DNA of 64,000 bases from Antechinus flavipes (GCF_016432865.1 NC_067401.1:185566001-185630000), one strand, 5' to 3'. Counted from the first letter of the stretch, positions 37,144-50,859 are shown. Program-made: numbers and translations. The notes: generated by a model not told the origin, from the letters alone.

Positions 37144-38364
37144 CTTCCACTCCATCCCTAAGGTGTGGACTCAGATTTCAAGCACTCTCTAAAATTCATT
37201 TGCCTTAATAAATTCACTTCTGAGTGAACCAAAGTTCTGAAGTCCTGTTATCTGATCCAGCATCTTTTGGCTCTGTGGGTCAATCCATTGTTGGGGTGGA
37301 TCCCCATTACTTTTCATGGTTCTCATGGCAGATCACAAACTTAGAATCTGAACTTGACTTCCAGACTTCTAGTGACTCTCTTTCCCAAACTTTTAAAGCT
37401 TTTACAGCACCAGATCCTCACTTAGAATCAGAAGAGAATATGTAAAACAGAGAAAAGAAACAATATCAGAGATATCCTTCCTGGGACATATGATAGCAGC
37501 CTGATTCAGAAAATAGAGGTCCAAAGCCTCCTTTTTTCCCCACTAGAAGGCTTATATCAGTCCTTGCCTCCTCACTTGAACACAGCCAGGAAAGAAAGAG
37601 ACCGTACTTTGACTGGTTAATTTCTTTTGAATGCAATTTAAATTCTGGCTCAACAACCAGTTGAAAGACTCCCCTTTTTCACATGGTAAGGAGATTACAA
37701 TAAAGTCCACATGGATGGCATCAGCAGAGCAGGGTACTTGTAATAATATGGACTGGCCCCAATGTCCAGAGTCCTTGTATTACAAACTCATTAACAGAAT
37801 GAATTAATGAGAAATCATGAACTTAATTTATAACTACTGTTATAAACAGATAGGATGTGAATATTAAAACTTTATCAAACATAAAACAGTTTGCCAAATT
37901 GCTAATTAGGCAGTTTATCCTCAACAACCAAACACTTCTCAGTACATATCCCTCAATAAAGCCTCAATCCAGCCTAGGCTTGGGCCAGTCATCTTGTCAA
38001 TGACCAACCTCTCCAAAGAACCCTTCCCTGCCACCAATCAGCTCAAACTGAATAGGCCTGAAATAAACCTTTAGACTTCTTGACTTCATAGTGTCATTCC
38101 CAATTCTAGACTAGTCCAATATATTCCACAAATATCCAGAGAAAACAAACAAAAAAGGACAAAGACAGTCAGGTATCAGCCACAAGCCCAACTAGTTGAG
38201 TATGAGCAGCAAGGTCAATTTTGCATGAAGGTGGAGAAAGCCCCCCTCCTTTTTTTTTTAAAACATTCTTCACTGGAGTTAACATAATGCCACCTGGAGA
38301 GTCACTGATAAAAGGTCAAACTAGGCATTGTTTCTTCTCTTAGTCCCCAGTACCTATGAAACTA

Positions 38365-38595
38365 CAAGGTGGCTCAGTGGATAAAGTGCTAGGCTTGGAG
38401 TCAAGAAGACCTGAGTTTAAATTCATTGTCAGATACTTACTAGCTAGGTTACCCTGGCTAACATCTGTTTTCCTTAATCTACTGGAGAAAGAAATGGCAA
38501 ATGGCAAACTACTCTAATATCACTGCCAAAAAAAAAATAATTCTAATGGGTAGCATTGACAGGCTGTGGACCACAGAATCACAAAGAACTGATGC
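38365..38595 (+). mobile_element. MAR1-like CORE-SINE with RTE tail
   Basis: ggtggctcagtggataaagtgc...ctggagaaagaaatggcaaa...cacagaatcacaaag...actgaatgactgaac. Confidence 0.75.
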
Positions 38596-39648
38596 AACTG
38601 AATGACTGAACACATGTCCCTGTGCAGTGTGCACTGGACTTGAACTTGGGATGGACTAAGGAATCATTCAGGCAAATATTTGTCAGATTTGTTGCTTAGA
38701 GTTTTTAATGTAATTCTAAAGTACCAAGTCCTTTATGTACTGGACCATTATTTGCCCAGTAACAGCCAGTAAGTTTGTCTTCCCCCAAAGGTCAAAATAA
38801 TGAATCATCACATCCTCAGAGTCCCTTGAAGTTTCCAGGGAGCCCTGGGTTCATGCTTCATTGGAATGACCTCTATAAGTCCATTTAGGCTAAGCTAGAT
38901 ATCCATAGCAGATGAAATGCTGGTGCAGATTTCAAATCCTCCAGAGCTTTACATCCTTTGTGATTCCTGTTCACTGTTTTCCTTTAAGTCCTCCATAGAG
39001 AAGTCACTTAATGCACCAGAGACTTTTCCCTGCTTTTATTAATGTATCATGAATATAATCTTTACAGAAAAAATGATGGGCTAGAGGTGCAGGATGAGAC
39101 ATTTTGGAACATAGTAAATGTGTGGATTTGTCTTATTTGACTCTGCTTATTTGTTATAGTGAAGGAGATTTTTTAAAATTTGGAAGGAGGGAGTAAGGGG
39201 TAAAGGGGTAAGGATTTAAAAAAAGAAGGAAAGAAGAAAATGAGTGTCAATGAAAAAATAATTTCTAAATTCATAGAAGAGAACAGAAGGAAGTTTGGGA
39301 TGAGACACAAACAACCTATTTATACTTGGACTATACATGTTGAACACACATACACAAAGACACACAAGCATGCATGCATACACAAGTGTTTGTATGCATG
39401 TGTGCATTACAAAAAGTTATACCTAATAGAAATTTTCAGCTTCATGTATAATCATCTTTTTTTATTCTTCTTTGTATACAAGGATCTTGGTGTTCATTGA
39501 ACCAGCATTTCCCATTGTTAAAACCATAAAAAAATTAAAATAAAAATATGAATTTCATGGCTGGGTACTAGTGAAGAACAATACAACAAAGAGTAACAAC
39601 ATGGAAGGTAAGACTTTGTCCCCAATGTAACTGTTTCTAGCTCTTCCC

Positions 39649-40212
39649 TGTCATGGGCCAGAACTTGAAACAAGGTGTTAACTCATTAGAGTTGATAGAA
39701 ACAATGCTTTAGTTAACACCTTAGAGAGTTCACACATTAGCTCACATGTTTGGGAGATTTCAGGGTTCAGTATGAGACATCCAAATTCACACCTCCCATA
39801 ATCCCACTCTCAGAGGAGGAGTCAACCTTTGAGTTTACATCTCTAAAAGAGCATAAAAACAGCTGAGCTCAGTCAGGAGGGGTCAGTTGAAAAGATTGAA
39901 AGGGGAGCATCATTTGGAGATTGAGAAGCCATGAGTCGGAGTTGAGCTAGAGGCAGAAGCTGGAAGAGCTAAAAGACAAGCTGCAAGAGTTCTTGGAACC
40001 AAGGAGGGAGAGAGGCCTCTAAGAAAACTATCCGGGCCCAAGGAAAGAGATAAGACTTGGAAGGAGAAAATAAGCATTTGGATTTTATCAGCTGGTTGTA
40101 TTTGAAGTGATTATTACTTTGAACTGAAACTAAGGCTGCCTCCATAAAACCTCCCCAAGAAACCTGCCCACAGAGAACAATCATATTATAGAAAAAGAAG
40201 AAGCACATCACA
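39649..40212 (+). mobile_element. Solo ERV LTR (564 bp, TG...CA) with perfect 6-bp TSD cttccc
   Basis: tgtcatgggccagaac...aagcacatcaca; cttccc at 39643-39648 and 40213-40218. Confidence 0.92.
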
Positions 40213-41234
40213 CTTCCCCTCCCTTGAAGTAGCTTTCCACAGAAGAGCTACCTCCAAGTATACATTTTGAGGGCTAGACTGCTCTCTCCCAGATTTCTCT
40301 CATGGTAGATTTGACATCTAGGTAATTTGGGCTTTGCCATCTGCTGCCTATCATTCTTGCCTCATGACCAACCCATCTTATTTTTTAGAAATATATTCTT
40401 GATTTTTAAAAGTTTTATTTATGCTTTATTTATATTATAGTCAGTTCCCATTAAAGCACACATACATACAAAGAGTTTATACATATATAGTAAGAATTTA
40501 ATCAATGATGGTTGGAGATGATTGAGTGATGGATGTGTTTTATACCACTCCTGACATGTAAGACACTAGTAGAATGTGAAACTTATATTTATGATGTATT
40601 TTTCCCTTCCTCTTTGGGTTAAAAGAACTTAGAAGGATCAAAACTTCAAGATACAAAGATAGATGTGACAAAAATCCTGGCCTTTAAGGAGTTTACAGGT
40701 GAATGAGTAGATGGAAATATATATATACATTCATACATAAATATGATATAGCATAGATAGAAAACAGTGGTATCACAAAAAGTATTATGTATCTGGAACC
40801 AAAATGTATTGATTTGAATTCCAGATTTGTTACTTATTAGCCAACTTTAGTAGCTCTTCCCACAGAGAACATGGATTTTGTTCCTAGACATTTATTTACG
40901 AGACAATAGGCTTTAAAATAGATTTAAATAAAAGAGAAAAGTAGGTAAACTACACTGTAATTCATATTGATCATTATTGTTTTAGACCATTAAAATAACT
41001 AGACAACATAAGGTTGGAATATTGCTGTGGTGTGAGAAATGATGAGCTGGTAGAGTTAGAAAAATATGGAAAGACTTGGACTTATGAAGGGAGATATTAT
41101 ACACCTTCAGAAAACAAATACCAAGCAAGCATAGCATGGTCTTACATAGAGGTATATGAATCTATATGTGTTTATATGTGTATGATTATAGATATCTATG
41201 TATATGTGTGCATATATGTATGTATTTATGTTTT

Positions 41235-41440
41235 GTCAGTGTTGTTTCCCACTATCTCTAGAGCCATCTCCAGTCATCTTGATCTATATCTTGCCACTGA
41301 ATCTATGACTCTGAAAGAGAAAGTGAAGTTGGTTACTTTGCAAAGTCCTCCCTCACTTAAATTCAACTCACTTACATGTCATGGTATCACCTCCCTAATG
41401 TCATGGTACTCTTTGAGAACAAAGGACAAACAACAACAAT
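41235..41440 (+). mobile_element. RTE-related SINE/LINE 3' end (WALLSI1-like)
   Basis: Ends gtcatggtactctttgagaacaaaggacaaacaacaacaa, typical of marsupial RTE-derived tails; family name from recall. Confidence 0.65.
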
Positions 41441-41887
41441 GAGTATATGTTTGTGTATAGATACTCACTTAATTCTAGGCTTCTTGGAGTGGGGGAGGAA
41501 GGGGAAAAAATAAAGTAAAAGGTGCACAGAAGAGAGAGATCAAAAGAAAATTAACAAGGAAGCAAAGGAAAGACAGACTCTTCTGAACAAAATATATAAA
41601 ATTATATAGGCTTTCTTGAGATGGAAATTTGTTGCCTTATATTTTGAATCCTCTCTTATATTCTGCTGTGCAATGTGTTTTTTTTTCCTTTTCCTATTTT
41701 GCATTTAAGTTTAAATAAATAAATAAATGGTTTTGAAAAATAGGGCAATTGACTCTTGGAGAGAGGGGAAATTTAAATGTCATCTGAAGAATAATTTCTT
41801 GTATGAACACATTGAAAAAGGACTAAAACAAATTCTTTCTTAAAATACTGAGGAAGTATATTGTTCTCTTTGAGGAAAAAAATGAAG

Positions 41888-42010
41888 ATGGATAGCTAAA
41901 AGTATAGTGGATAGAGCACTAGCCCTGGGAGTCAGGAGGATCTGAGTTCAAATCCAGCCTCAGACACTAATCACATAGCTTTGTGATTCTGGGCAAATCT
42001 TTTGACCCCA
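41888..42010 (+). mobile_element. tRNA-derived CORE-SINE
   Basis: gtggatagagcactagccctgggagtcaggaggatctgagttcaaatccagcctcagacac. Confidence 0.8.
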
Positions 42011-42059
42011 AATAATTCTCCAAAATCATTATAAAGATAAAGAATGAAGAGAAATTTCC

Positions 42060-43800
42060 TGATAGAACTGAGTTTTATGCATTCTAGTCAGTTAGCAAAT
42101 AAACAATTATTAAGTGTTTATTATTTTCCAGGAATAGTATTAAATGCTGGAACAACAATAAAAACCAAAAGATAGTTCCTGCTCTCAAAAGAACTCCTGG
42201 TCTAATGACAACATGACAACAACTACATAATACAAGACACACACAAGATATATACACAGTATATATTTGAAATAATCAATAGAGGAAAGACCCAAGAATT
42301 AAGAAGATTATGAAAGGTTTCTGATAGAAGGTAAGATTTTAGCTTTGATTTGAAGGAAACCAGTAGGCAGAAATGAAGAAAAAAGATCTTTTTTTAGGCA
42401 TAGGGCACAGTTACTGGTAAGTCCCTGGAATTAAGAGATGGAGCTTTTTGTTAGAGAAACAACAATTGAAGAGGGTGTATGGAAGGATTACAGTAGAAAG
42501 TGTAAGAAGACTGGAAAGCTTGAGGGTCAGAGTAGGTTATGAATATTTTTTTAAATTAGATTCTGGAGGCAATTGATAACTATTAGAGTTTATTGAGGGA
42601 AGCAATGACATGGTAAGACTTTCAATTTAAGATCATTGTGATAGCTGAATGGAGGGTAGACTGGAATGAGAAGGAACTTGTGGCAGAGAAACCTATCAGA
42701 AAAATATTACAATGATCCAGGTATAAGCTGATAAGATTTTTTATCAGGATGGTAGTAATGTCAGAGGAGAGAGCAAAAGGGATAGATGTTATGAAAATTA
42801 AACTGATAGGTCTTGGCCAATGGATTGAATATAGAGGTCAGAGAGATTGAAGAAGTGAGAGTGTCTGGAGGATAGTAGCATCTTCAACAATAAGACAAAA
42901 AGAGAGTAGGGATAATTAGGAACAGTTGGAAGAAGGCAAAGTTGGAGTGGGGGTGAGGCAGGGATAAGTTCAGTTTTGGACAAGACATCCAATAGGCAGT
43001 TGATGGTGAGAGACCAGAGATAAGCAGAGAAGTTAGTTGGATAAGTAGAAGTGAGAATCATCGGCCTAGAAAGGATATAATTGAATCCATGGTTGTTGAT
43101 ATCACTAAGTGAAATAGTATAGAGGGAGAAGAGAAGATAGCCCAGGACAGATCCATGTGAGACACCCACAGTTAGTGAGCATGACCAATATAAAGTTCTA
43201 GCAAAGGAGACTTAGATAGATATGGGAATAATATCCCTAAGATATGATTAAATAGGTTAGATAGAGAACAAAGTACAAAGGGAAGGATGTGATTCACTGT
43301 GCAAAAGCTGCAGTGAAGTAAAAAAGAATGAGATGTGAGAAAAGACCATTAGATTTGACATTTAAGAAGTTGGTAATTATTTGGTTGAATAATAAGATTG
43401 AAAGTCAGATTACAGAGAATTAAGAAGAAAGTGAGAAGAAAGTAGAGAGATCTATTGAAAGTGGCCTCCTTAAGGAGTTTAGCTGTAAAATGGAACAGGT
43501 ATGGGATAACAGTTCATGGGAATGGATGAATTAAGTGAGGAATTTTTGAGGACAGAGGAGACAAGATTATGTTTGTAAGCAGTAGGGAAGCAGCCAGTAG
43601 ATAAGTAAGAACGGGAATAAGAAGGGACGGTCTGCTGTAGACGATGGGATAGAATGTGATATCTTGTGCATGTAGAGGGATTTGTCTTGGAAAGGAGAAT
43701 CACCTCATTTTGTTAGAAAGGAATGAAAGAGAAGATAGCAGCAGAAAGCATTTGAGTGATGTGAAATGAGAGGGGGATCACAGGGAGTTCAAGATGAATG
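42060..43800 (-). mobile_element. Long LINE2 fragment with RT remnant
   Basis: ORF 42798-43169 reads GVSHGSVLGYLLFSLYTISLSD..HGFNY, matching the L2 RT motif GVPQGSVLGPLLFSLY. Confidence 0.85.
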
Positions 43801-44829
43801 TTCTCTGTTTTTCCAGTAAATTATAAGACAAGGAATGGAGAAAGTATGTTCAAAGGAGTTTGGTAAGCATTGAAGAATGAATTCAGGTAGGTTTTCCTTA
43901 TACATAGGAAATAATTTAGTCTCTGACTGAAGTTCTCTCAAAGCCTGTGGCAGTTTAGAAGAGAACAATGCTTCCTGCAGAAGGAATTGGGTTACTTTCC
44001 TTCTCTCGAGGCAAGAGATCAGGCTGAAGGCTAATGGAAATGGCTTTTATCCTTATCCCTACTGTGGAGAAAGAATCCTAAAGAAAATTCCTGATTTTGC
44101 TATCCTGAGAAAATTGAATGGTAGAACTGTGTTTTTAGGATTAAAAAACTGAAAACTGCAGTAGATATGCAGGAGATGATTCTGGCTGTGATCTTTCTTA
44201 TTGTTTTGTAGCCACTTACCTCCCACTTGTCCATGTGGAAGTATGTCTACTCTCTCATTACTATTTCTTCGTTGTCCTTATTTGTTTTCTTCCTGAATTC
44301 TAGGGTAATCTGGGAAATACTCTACACTTTCCATCTTAGTAAAACTGAAGCATCTTTCTCTTTAATTGAACAATTGGCTTTAAACCACCACACCAGTTTA
44401 TTAAATATCAGTTACAAAAGAAAAGGCAGAAACTTATTTTCCCATTTTTGCTCTTCTTTCTCTCTATACCGCTACCCCACCCCCACTCCTCCAAAAAAGC
44501 CTCCTAAACTTAAATATACATCAAAGTTACTGCTAATACTATTTATCAAAATATCAAATAATTATTTGCTATGTATAAGGATTGAGAGTATTCCTAGCCA
44601 AAGTTACCTTGAATGAGAGGAGTACCAGTAAATTTTAGCAACTGGCTCTTTATGGAAAATGGGATTGTACTTATGAGGAAACTGTACCTATAACACACTT
44701 TTAGGCTTAATCTGCCATTATTAACATTTTCTCTATTACTTTCTTAAGTGTAGAGTGATAATCAATAAAACAATAAATCAATCCTTGACTTTTTTATATA
44801 TGCTGATTTTTGAGGTATAAATGCTCACT

Positions 44830-46620
44830 TTGAAAGAGATCATAAAAGTGGGAAAAGGACTTACAGGTGTGAAAATGTTTGTAGCAGCCTTTTTTGTAGT
44901 GGCAAGGAACTAAAAATTGAGTGGATGCCCCTTGGGGAATGGCTGAATAAGTTATGGTATATAGATGTAATGGAATATTATTGTTCTATAAGAAATAATG
45001 AGCAAGCTGACTTCAGAAAAGCCTGGAAAGATTTTATTTTATTTATTTATTTTTTAAATTTTATTTTTTAATTTTATAATAACTTTTTATTGACAGAACC
45101 CATGCCAGGGTAATTTTTTTTACAACATTATCCCTTGCACTCGCTTGTGTTCCGATTTTTCCCCTCTCTCCCTCCATTCCCTCCCCTAGATGGCAAGCAG
45201 TTCTATATATGTTAAATATGTTGCGGTATATCCTAGATACAGTATATGTTTGCAGAACCAAACAGTTCTCTTGTTGCACAGGGAGAATTGGATTCAGAAG
45301 GTAAAAATAACCCGGGAAGAAAAACAAAAATGCAAATAGCTTACATTCATTTCCCAGTGTTCTTCTTTGGATGTAACTGCTTCTGTCCATCATTTATCAA
45401 TTGAAATGGAGTTAGGTCTCTTTGTCAAAGAAATCCACTTCCATCAAAATATGTCCTCATACAGTATCATTGTTGAAGTGTATAATGATCTCCTGGTTCT
45501 GCTCATTTCACTTAGCATCAGTTCATGTAAGTCTCTCCAAGCCTCTCTGTATTCATCCTGCTGGTCATTTCTTACAGAACAATAATCTTCCATAACATTT
45601 ATATACCACAATTTACCCAGCCATTCTCCAATTGATGGGCATCCATTCAATTTCCAGTTTGTAGCCACTCTAAACAGGGCTTCCACAAACATTTTGGCAC
45701 ATACAGGTCCCTTTCCCTTCTTTAGTATTTCTTTGGGATATACGCCCAGAAGTAACACTGCTGGATCAAAGGGTATGCACAGTTTGATAACTTTTTGGGC
45801 ATAATTCCAGATTGCTCTCCAGAATGGTTGGATTCGTTCACAACTCCACCAACAATGCATCAGTGTCCCAGTTTTCCCGCATTCCCTCTAACATCCATCA
45901 TTATTTTTTCCTATCATCTTAGCCAATCTGACAGGTGTATAGTGGTATCTCAGAGTTGTCTTAATTTGTATTTCTCTGATCAATAGTGATTTGGAACACT
46001 CTTTCATATGAGTGGTAATAGTTTCAATTTCATCATCTGAAAATTGTCTGTTCATATCCTTTGACCATTTATCAATTGGAGAATGGCTTGATTTCTTATA
46101 AATTTGAGTCAATTCTCTATATATTTTGGAAATGAGGCCTTTATCAGAACCTTTAACTGTGAAGATGTTTGCCTGGAAAGATTTTCATAAACTGATGCTA
46201 AGTGAAGTGAGCAGAACACAGAGAACACTATACACAGTAAGAACAAAATTATGTGATGATCAATTGTAATGTACTTGGCTCTTCAACAATGAGGTGATTC
46301 AAAGCAATTCCAATAGATTTGTATTGGAAAGAGCCAAGTGAATCCAAGTGAATGTGGATCAAAGCATAGTAGTTTCAGAAAAGTTTGCTTGTTTTTTTTT
46401 TTCTCATTTTTTTCCACTTTTGATCTGATGTTGTTTGCACAGCATAATGAATATGGAAATATGTTTCAAAGAATTGCACATGTTTAACCTATTTGGATTG
46501 CTTGCTGGCTTGGGAAGGAGGGAGGGACAAGATAGGGAAAAAAAGATGGAACGTAAGGTTGTGCAAAGGTAAAAGGAAAATTATCTTTGCATGTATTTGG
46601 GAAAATAAAATACTCCAATA
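44830..46620 (+). mobile_element. Older L1 3' end (+), split at 45035/46171 by a younger antisense L1
   Basis: The sequence ...cttcagaaaagcctggaaagatttt|cataaactgatgctaagtgaagtgagc... is contiguous L1 ORF2 tail once the insert is removed. Confidence 0.85.
45036..46170 (-). mobile_element. Young 5'-truncated L1 (about 1.1 kb) with perfect 15-bp TSD gcctggaaagatttt (45021-45035 / 46171-46185)
   Basis: ORFs 45444-45860 and 45888-46112 are the L1 ORF2 C-terminus; T-rich tail; exact TSD. Confidence 0.95.
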
Positions 46621-46959
46621 ATTTTTTAAAAGAATCATTTTTTCTTACAAATTTCTTCATGAAACAGAATTATAAAGTCTTATAACATGATTTATGGGTT
46701 ACCTTAAGGCTGATTTCATTCTCATATTTAATCTTACTCCAAATTCTAGTGTAATTCAAGGAGCTATGTGTGGACATATACTGATTATATTCTCCCAATT
46801 ATCCTCTTTATATTTCTCCTTAAGATAAAAGTTAAATTCAATCTCTCTTCTATCATCACAAGAAATAATCTTTCCAGAATACACTTAAATTGTCAACTCC
46901 TGATAGATTCTTCTTATACTTATCTTTCTCATATTTGTTCATAAATTCATAAAGTAAAT

Positions 46960-47100
46960 GAAGAACTGAGGTAATTTGGGTTAAGTGATTTGCTCAGGAT
47001 CACATAGCTAAGAAGTGTTAAATGTCTGAGGCCAAATTTAAACTCAGGTCTTCCTGACTCCAGAGCTAGTGATCTATCCATTGCACCATTTAGCTTCCCC
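46960..47100 (-). mobile_element. CORE-SINE
   Basis: gggttaagtgatttgctcaggatcacatagc...tctgaggcc...tatccattgcaccatttagcttcccc. Confidence 0.8.
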
Positions 47101-47904
47101 AAGATAGTTTTCTAAAGAAAGAAGTTCCTCTTTACCTTCTTTCTTCTCTCACAAGTTCCTCAGAGATCTTCATAAATAAAAATCAACACATTTTCTTTGT
47201 CTCTACAGCAAGCCAGTTACAATAATAACTCTTTTCTTCAATATTTCACTTCTCTTTCGTGGCTCTCAGATACAGCAACAATATCTAGTATTAGCAATAG
47301 TCACTAAAGACCCAAACAAGAAAGTTCTCACAACCAGTCTTTGACACAGTAAAATGGTTCAGTATCAGAAAGAGATCTTTATTAGTAGAAATGACATTTT
47401 AAAAGAAGCATTATTGTTTGCTGCTAAACCTTAAATATGATAAAACCTTTTCATCTGACTTGTAAATCCTATATGTGTGATCTTTTCTCCATTTTAATAT
47501 AAACTATTTGAGAGGAGAGACTCTCTCATTTTCTTTTGGTATTCTTTATTTTTTTATTTTTTATTTTTATTTTTTTATTTTATTTTTTGGTATTCTTAAG
47601 GTAGAGCTTTACATATAGAAATTGCTTAATTTTTTTTCACTCCTTCATTCATGCATAGTCACTGTCAATAACTTAGTGGAACAAGTTACATGTCATTTTT
47701 CCTCAATGATGTTTTCATTTATTGCACATTGTTTTTTTATCTGCACCAAAACCTTGCCAGAGAACCTTTTCCTCTTTCTTTGATCTCTTGGAGGGTATAG
47801 TTACAGATTGTCAAAAAGTATAATGGTTGGCCACTTTCTGGGCAAAGTTCCAAATTATTTTCCAAGAATGGTTGGACCACTTCACAGCTCCATCAAAAGT
47901 GCTG

Positions 47905-48085
47905 TGATGCAGAGATGTCAATCACAGTCCTGCTCAGGTTGCAACATACTAGTGTTCAGTTAAACAAAGTTAAAATGTAATGGGAAAATAATTAACAAAA
48001 AAAAATGTAAATAATATTAATGTGTGGTTTTCCAAGTTAATATATAACAGGGATCCACAGATACAGTTTGGCAGCCCTCATTTTG
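47905..48085 (-). mobile_element. Possible non-autonomous hAT/Charlie-type DNA transposon remnant
   Basis: Resembles recalled MER-type sequence (ggatccctg...ttggaaaaccacacattaatatta...ttcccattacattttaa); not verifiable here. Confidence 0.35.
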
Positions 48086-48524
48086 AGGGTACCCCACTGC
48101 CAACCACTTTCTGTAACCCTTCTAACTAGTAAGATTGTATATTTCTATTAATTTATGGAAGAATATTAGGAAATACCTCTTGTTTTAGAATTCTAAAAGA
48201 GAATAAGGAAATAATCCAGTAGCAGTTAAAGTAACCCACCCAACTAAATTACATGTGTATGGGCAGAAGGGAGAATTGGTGGTAAAGGGGATCACATCCT
48301 TAAACTCTGTTATATGTAAGTTATTATAAAGGCAAAGAAGGATTAATTCTAAGTGCTATTGGAAATATGAAGAAGTGATTAAGGAATGCAACTAAGCTGG
48401 ATCTTGAATAGAATGCATTGTAGGCAATGAGAAACCAGAGACAGGAGAGATAGCAAACTGTCCTGTTTTCCTGGTTTATAAAGTTAATTATAAAAATTTG
48501 TTTTTCATTTGTATCCAACTCTTT

Positions 48525-48720
48525 ACTCCATTTGGTGTTTTCTTGGCAGAGATACTGGAATGGTTTGCCATTTCCTCCTCTAGCTCATTTTATGCTAGAG
48601 GAAACTGAGGCAATAGGGTTAAGTGACTTGCCTATCTTAGTGTTTGAGACCAGATTTGAACTCAGGGAGATGTTTTCTTAAGGCTGGGTACTCTATCCAC
48701 TATGCCAGTTAGCTGCCCCA
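48525..48720 (-). mobile_element. MAR1-like CORE-SINE
   Basis: tttcttggcagagatactggaatggtttgccatttcc...gaaactgaggc...tatccactatgccagttagctgcccc. Confidence 0.8.
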
Positions 48721-50859
48721 GTTATAAAAATAGAATGAAATAGTGGAATCAGTCCAGATTAAAGAGATAGCCTTTTATCTTATTGACATCTGAAGGCTTC
48801 TTAAAATCTTTATGTCAAGTGGTGACCAGGTTAAGAGGATTATTTGGGCAGCTGTATTGATTGGTTTTGATATTTTCCAATGAATCCAAGGAGTTTACAG
48901 GACACATTTATTTGGAGGCAGAGACATCCTTATGTAATTTAGGCATATCTAACCTTGCTGAAAGAACACTTAAATGCTTTTTTATTCATTTATTCAGTTC
49001 CAATGATTGCTAAACAGGAATAAAAAAAAAAACACATGCAACTCAAGTTTCAACTTATAAAATCCTCATTGGTAAAGACCAATTACTAAATGCTCCATGA
49101 CTACCTAAGGAGAAAAGTTGGGATAAGTGTGGGAAAAGATAAATCTTGGTCTTCTGACTCCCATCTTCCAGAAAGATGCAAATTTCCATCTTCTCTTTAG
49201 GTTCCTTAAGGGAGAGAAAGACTCTAGGATGAAGACATGTAGAGGAACTAGCAATCTAAGCATGTCCCTAACCCAGGCTAATTTTCTTTTGGGTGAGCTC
49301 TGGGGATTCAGTCTCTTGGATGAACTGAAATATCTCATTCTCAATGGAAGAATTCATTTACTCTATGTATTGTCTGGTATATTTTCATCTTTATATCTTC
49401 CCTGGTTTCTGTAAACTGTTGACTTACATTAATTTATTTGCTATTTTCTACATTCCTTTGTGAAACTGGCATTTGGTGCAAAGTGAATCAAACCTTGGAT
49501 ATATAATTTGGGGTATTCCTTTCCCATTAATGAATAGTAGTCAGCTCATGTTAAACTTAAAAATCATTTCCAATTTTAGAGGCAGCTAGATATAATCTTA
49601 ATACTCCTTCTTTTTGATGAGAACAAAGTAGCCAGCCTCTGGCCCAAACCTTCTGCTACTCTTCCTGGCAATAATCAGAATCTTCTTTGGAGAAGAGTGG
49701 ATGGGGACCCTAGAGATGTATGTTCATGTCTCTCTTCCAACCATATCTAGAGTGTCCGTGTGGACACTCAAAACAGGTAACACATAGGTAACACAATACA
49801 GACATTTGTCTGTGAAGCAAACAGAGGACTCATGGAAGTCAGTAGCTCGATATGGAAATACATAAAGCATCTTTTAAGAAAGGAACTGAACTTGGAATTG
49901 ACATCAGGGCAACTGTTTGACATTCTGGTTAGATTCTTATCCCTCCCACTCTCATAGTGTCTCCCTGTGGTTTGGAATCCCCTTCATAAGGCAAACATAT
50001 TTTGGGACTGCTGAACAAACAATTTCTTTCCTAAATGTCATTGGCTACAGTGCTGTGGAACTATTTGGATTATTCTCTTCTTTCTCCAAGGACCACACTG
50101 TGGGAGGAAATCCCCTTGTCTCTCTAGAAGGTCTGGTCATGGAATTCTCAAATTTAGAATCCTTGAATTAGGATGACACACAAGACCACTCTCAAGGGTA
50201 GAACCAACATTTAAAGATCCTCACTTTCTGGTTCCCATGTATCTTTCCAGTGAGTAATCCTCACTGCATACTATATGCACATTCTAACTTCTGTTTCTAG
50301 TCTTTATGCAGGTAATTTAGCAGACTCCATCCTCATCCTTACTACCTTAGCTTCCTTCAAAGCTCAGGTAGGTCGATGCATCTGTGATTTTTGTCCCAAT
50401 TCTCTTAATTGGAATTCTGGTACTCCTTAAATTGAATTGTATGATTACTCATCTTTGTAAATGTTGAATCTTCACTCTCTAGGTAAAATAATCCATTTTA
50501 AAAAATAACATAGGCCCAGGGAAGAGGATAGGCTAAACTGGATTTGAGAAACATTAGAAGAATCAAAAGAACTTATTGATGAGATCAGGAAAGGAAAGGA
50601 ACAATGCTGACCCTGAGATGAGGGTGCCACTGTCAACTAGATTGTAAATTCCTTGAAGTCAGGGACTATTTTTCTTTGTTTTTGTATTTTCAGCATTTTA
50701 GCAGAGTGTCTTGCATATGTAAACACTTTATAATGGTTGAATTTAAATTAAAAGGAGAGGGAATGTCTGAGGCCTGATCATCTCCAGATGGCATGTTGGT
50801 CAGCTATGTCAGAATCCTTAATGACCTCTTGGACCATAGCACAACAATATTGTCCATGG

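Noticed and set aside
37478-37737. Retroviral pol-like peptides FLGHMI and DGISRAGY
   Set aside because: They are in different frames and much closer together than RT and RNase H motifs normally are; not supportable without a search.
49750-49769. 8-bp stem hairpin gagtgtcc-gtgt-ggacactc
   Set aside because: Within chance expectation; no supporting context.
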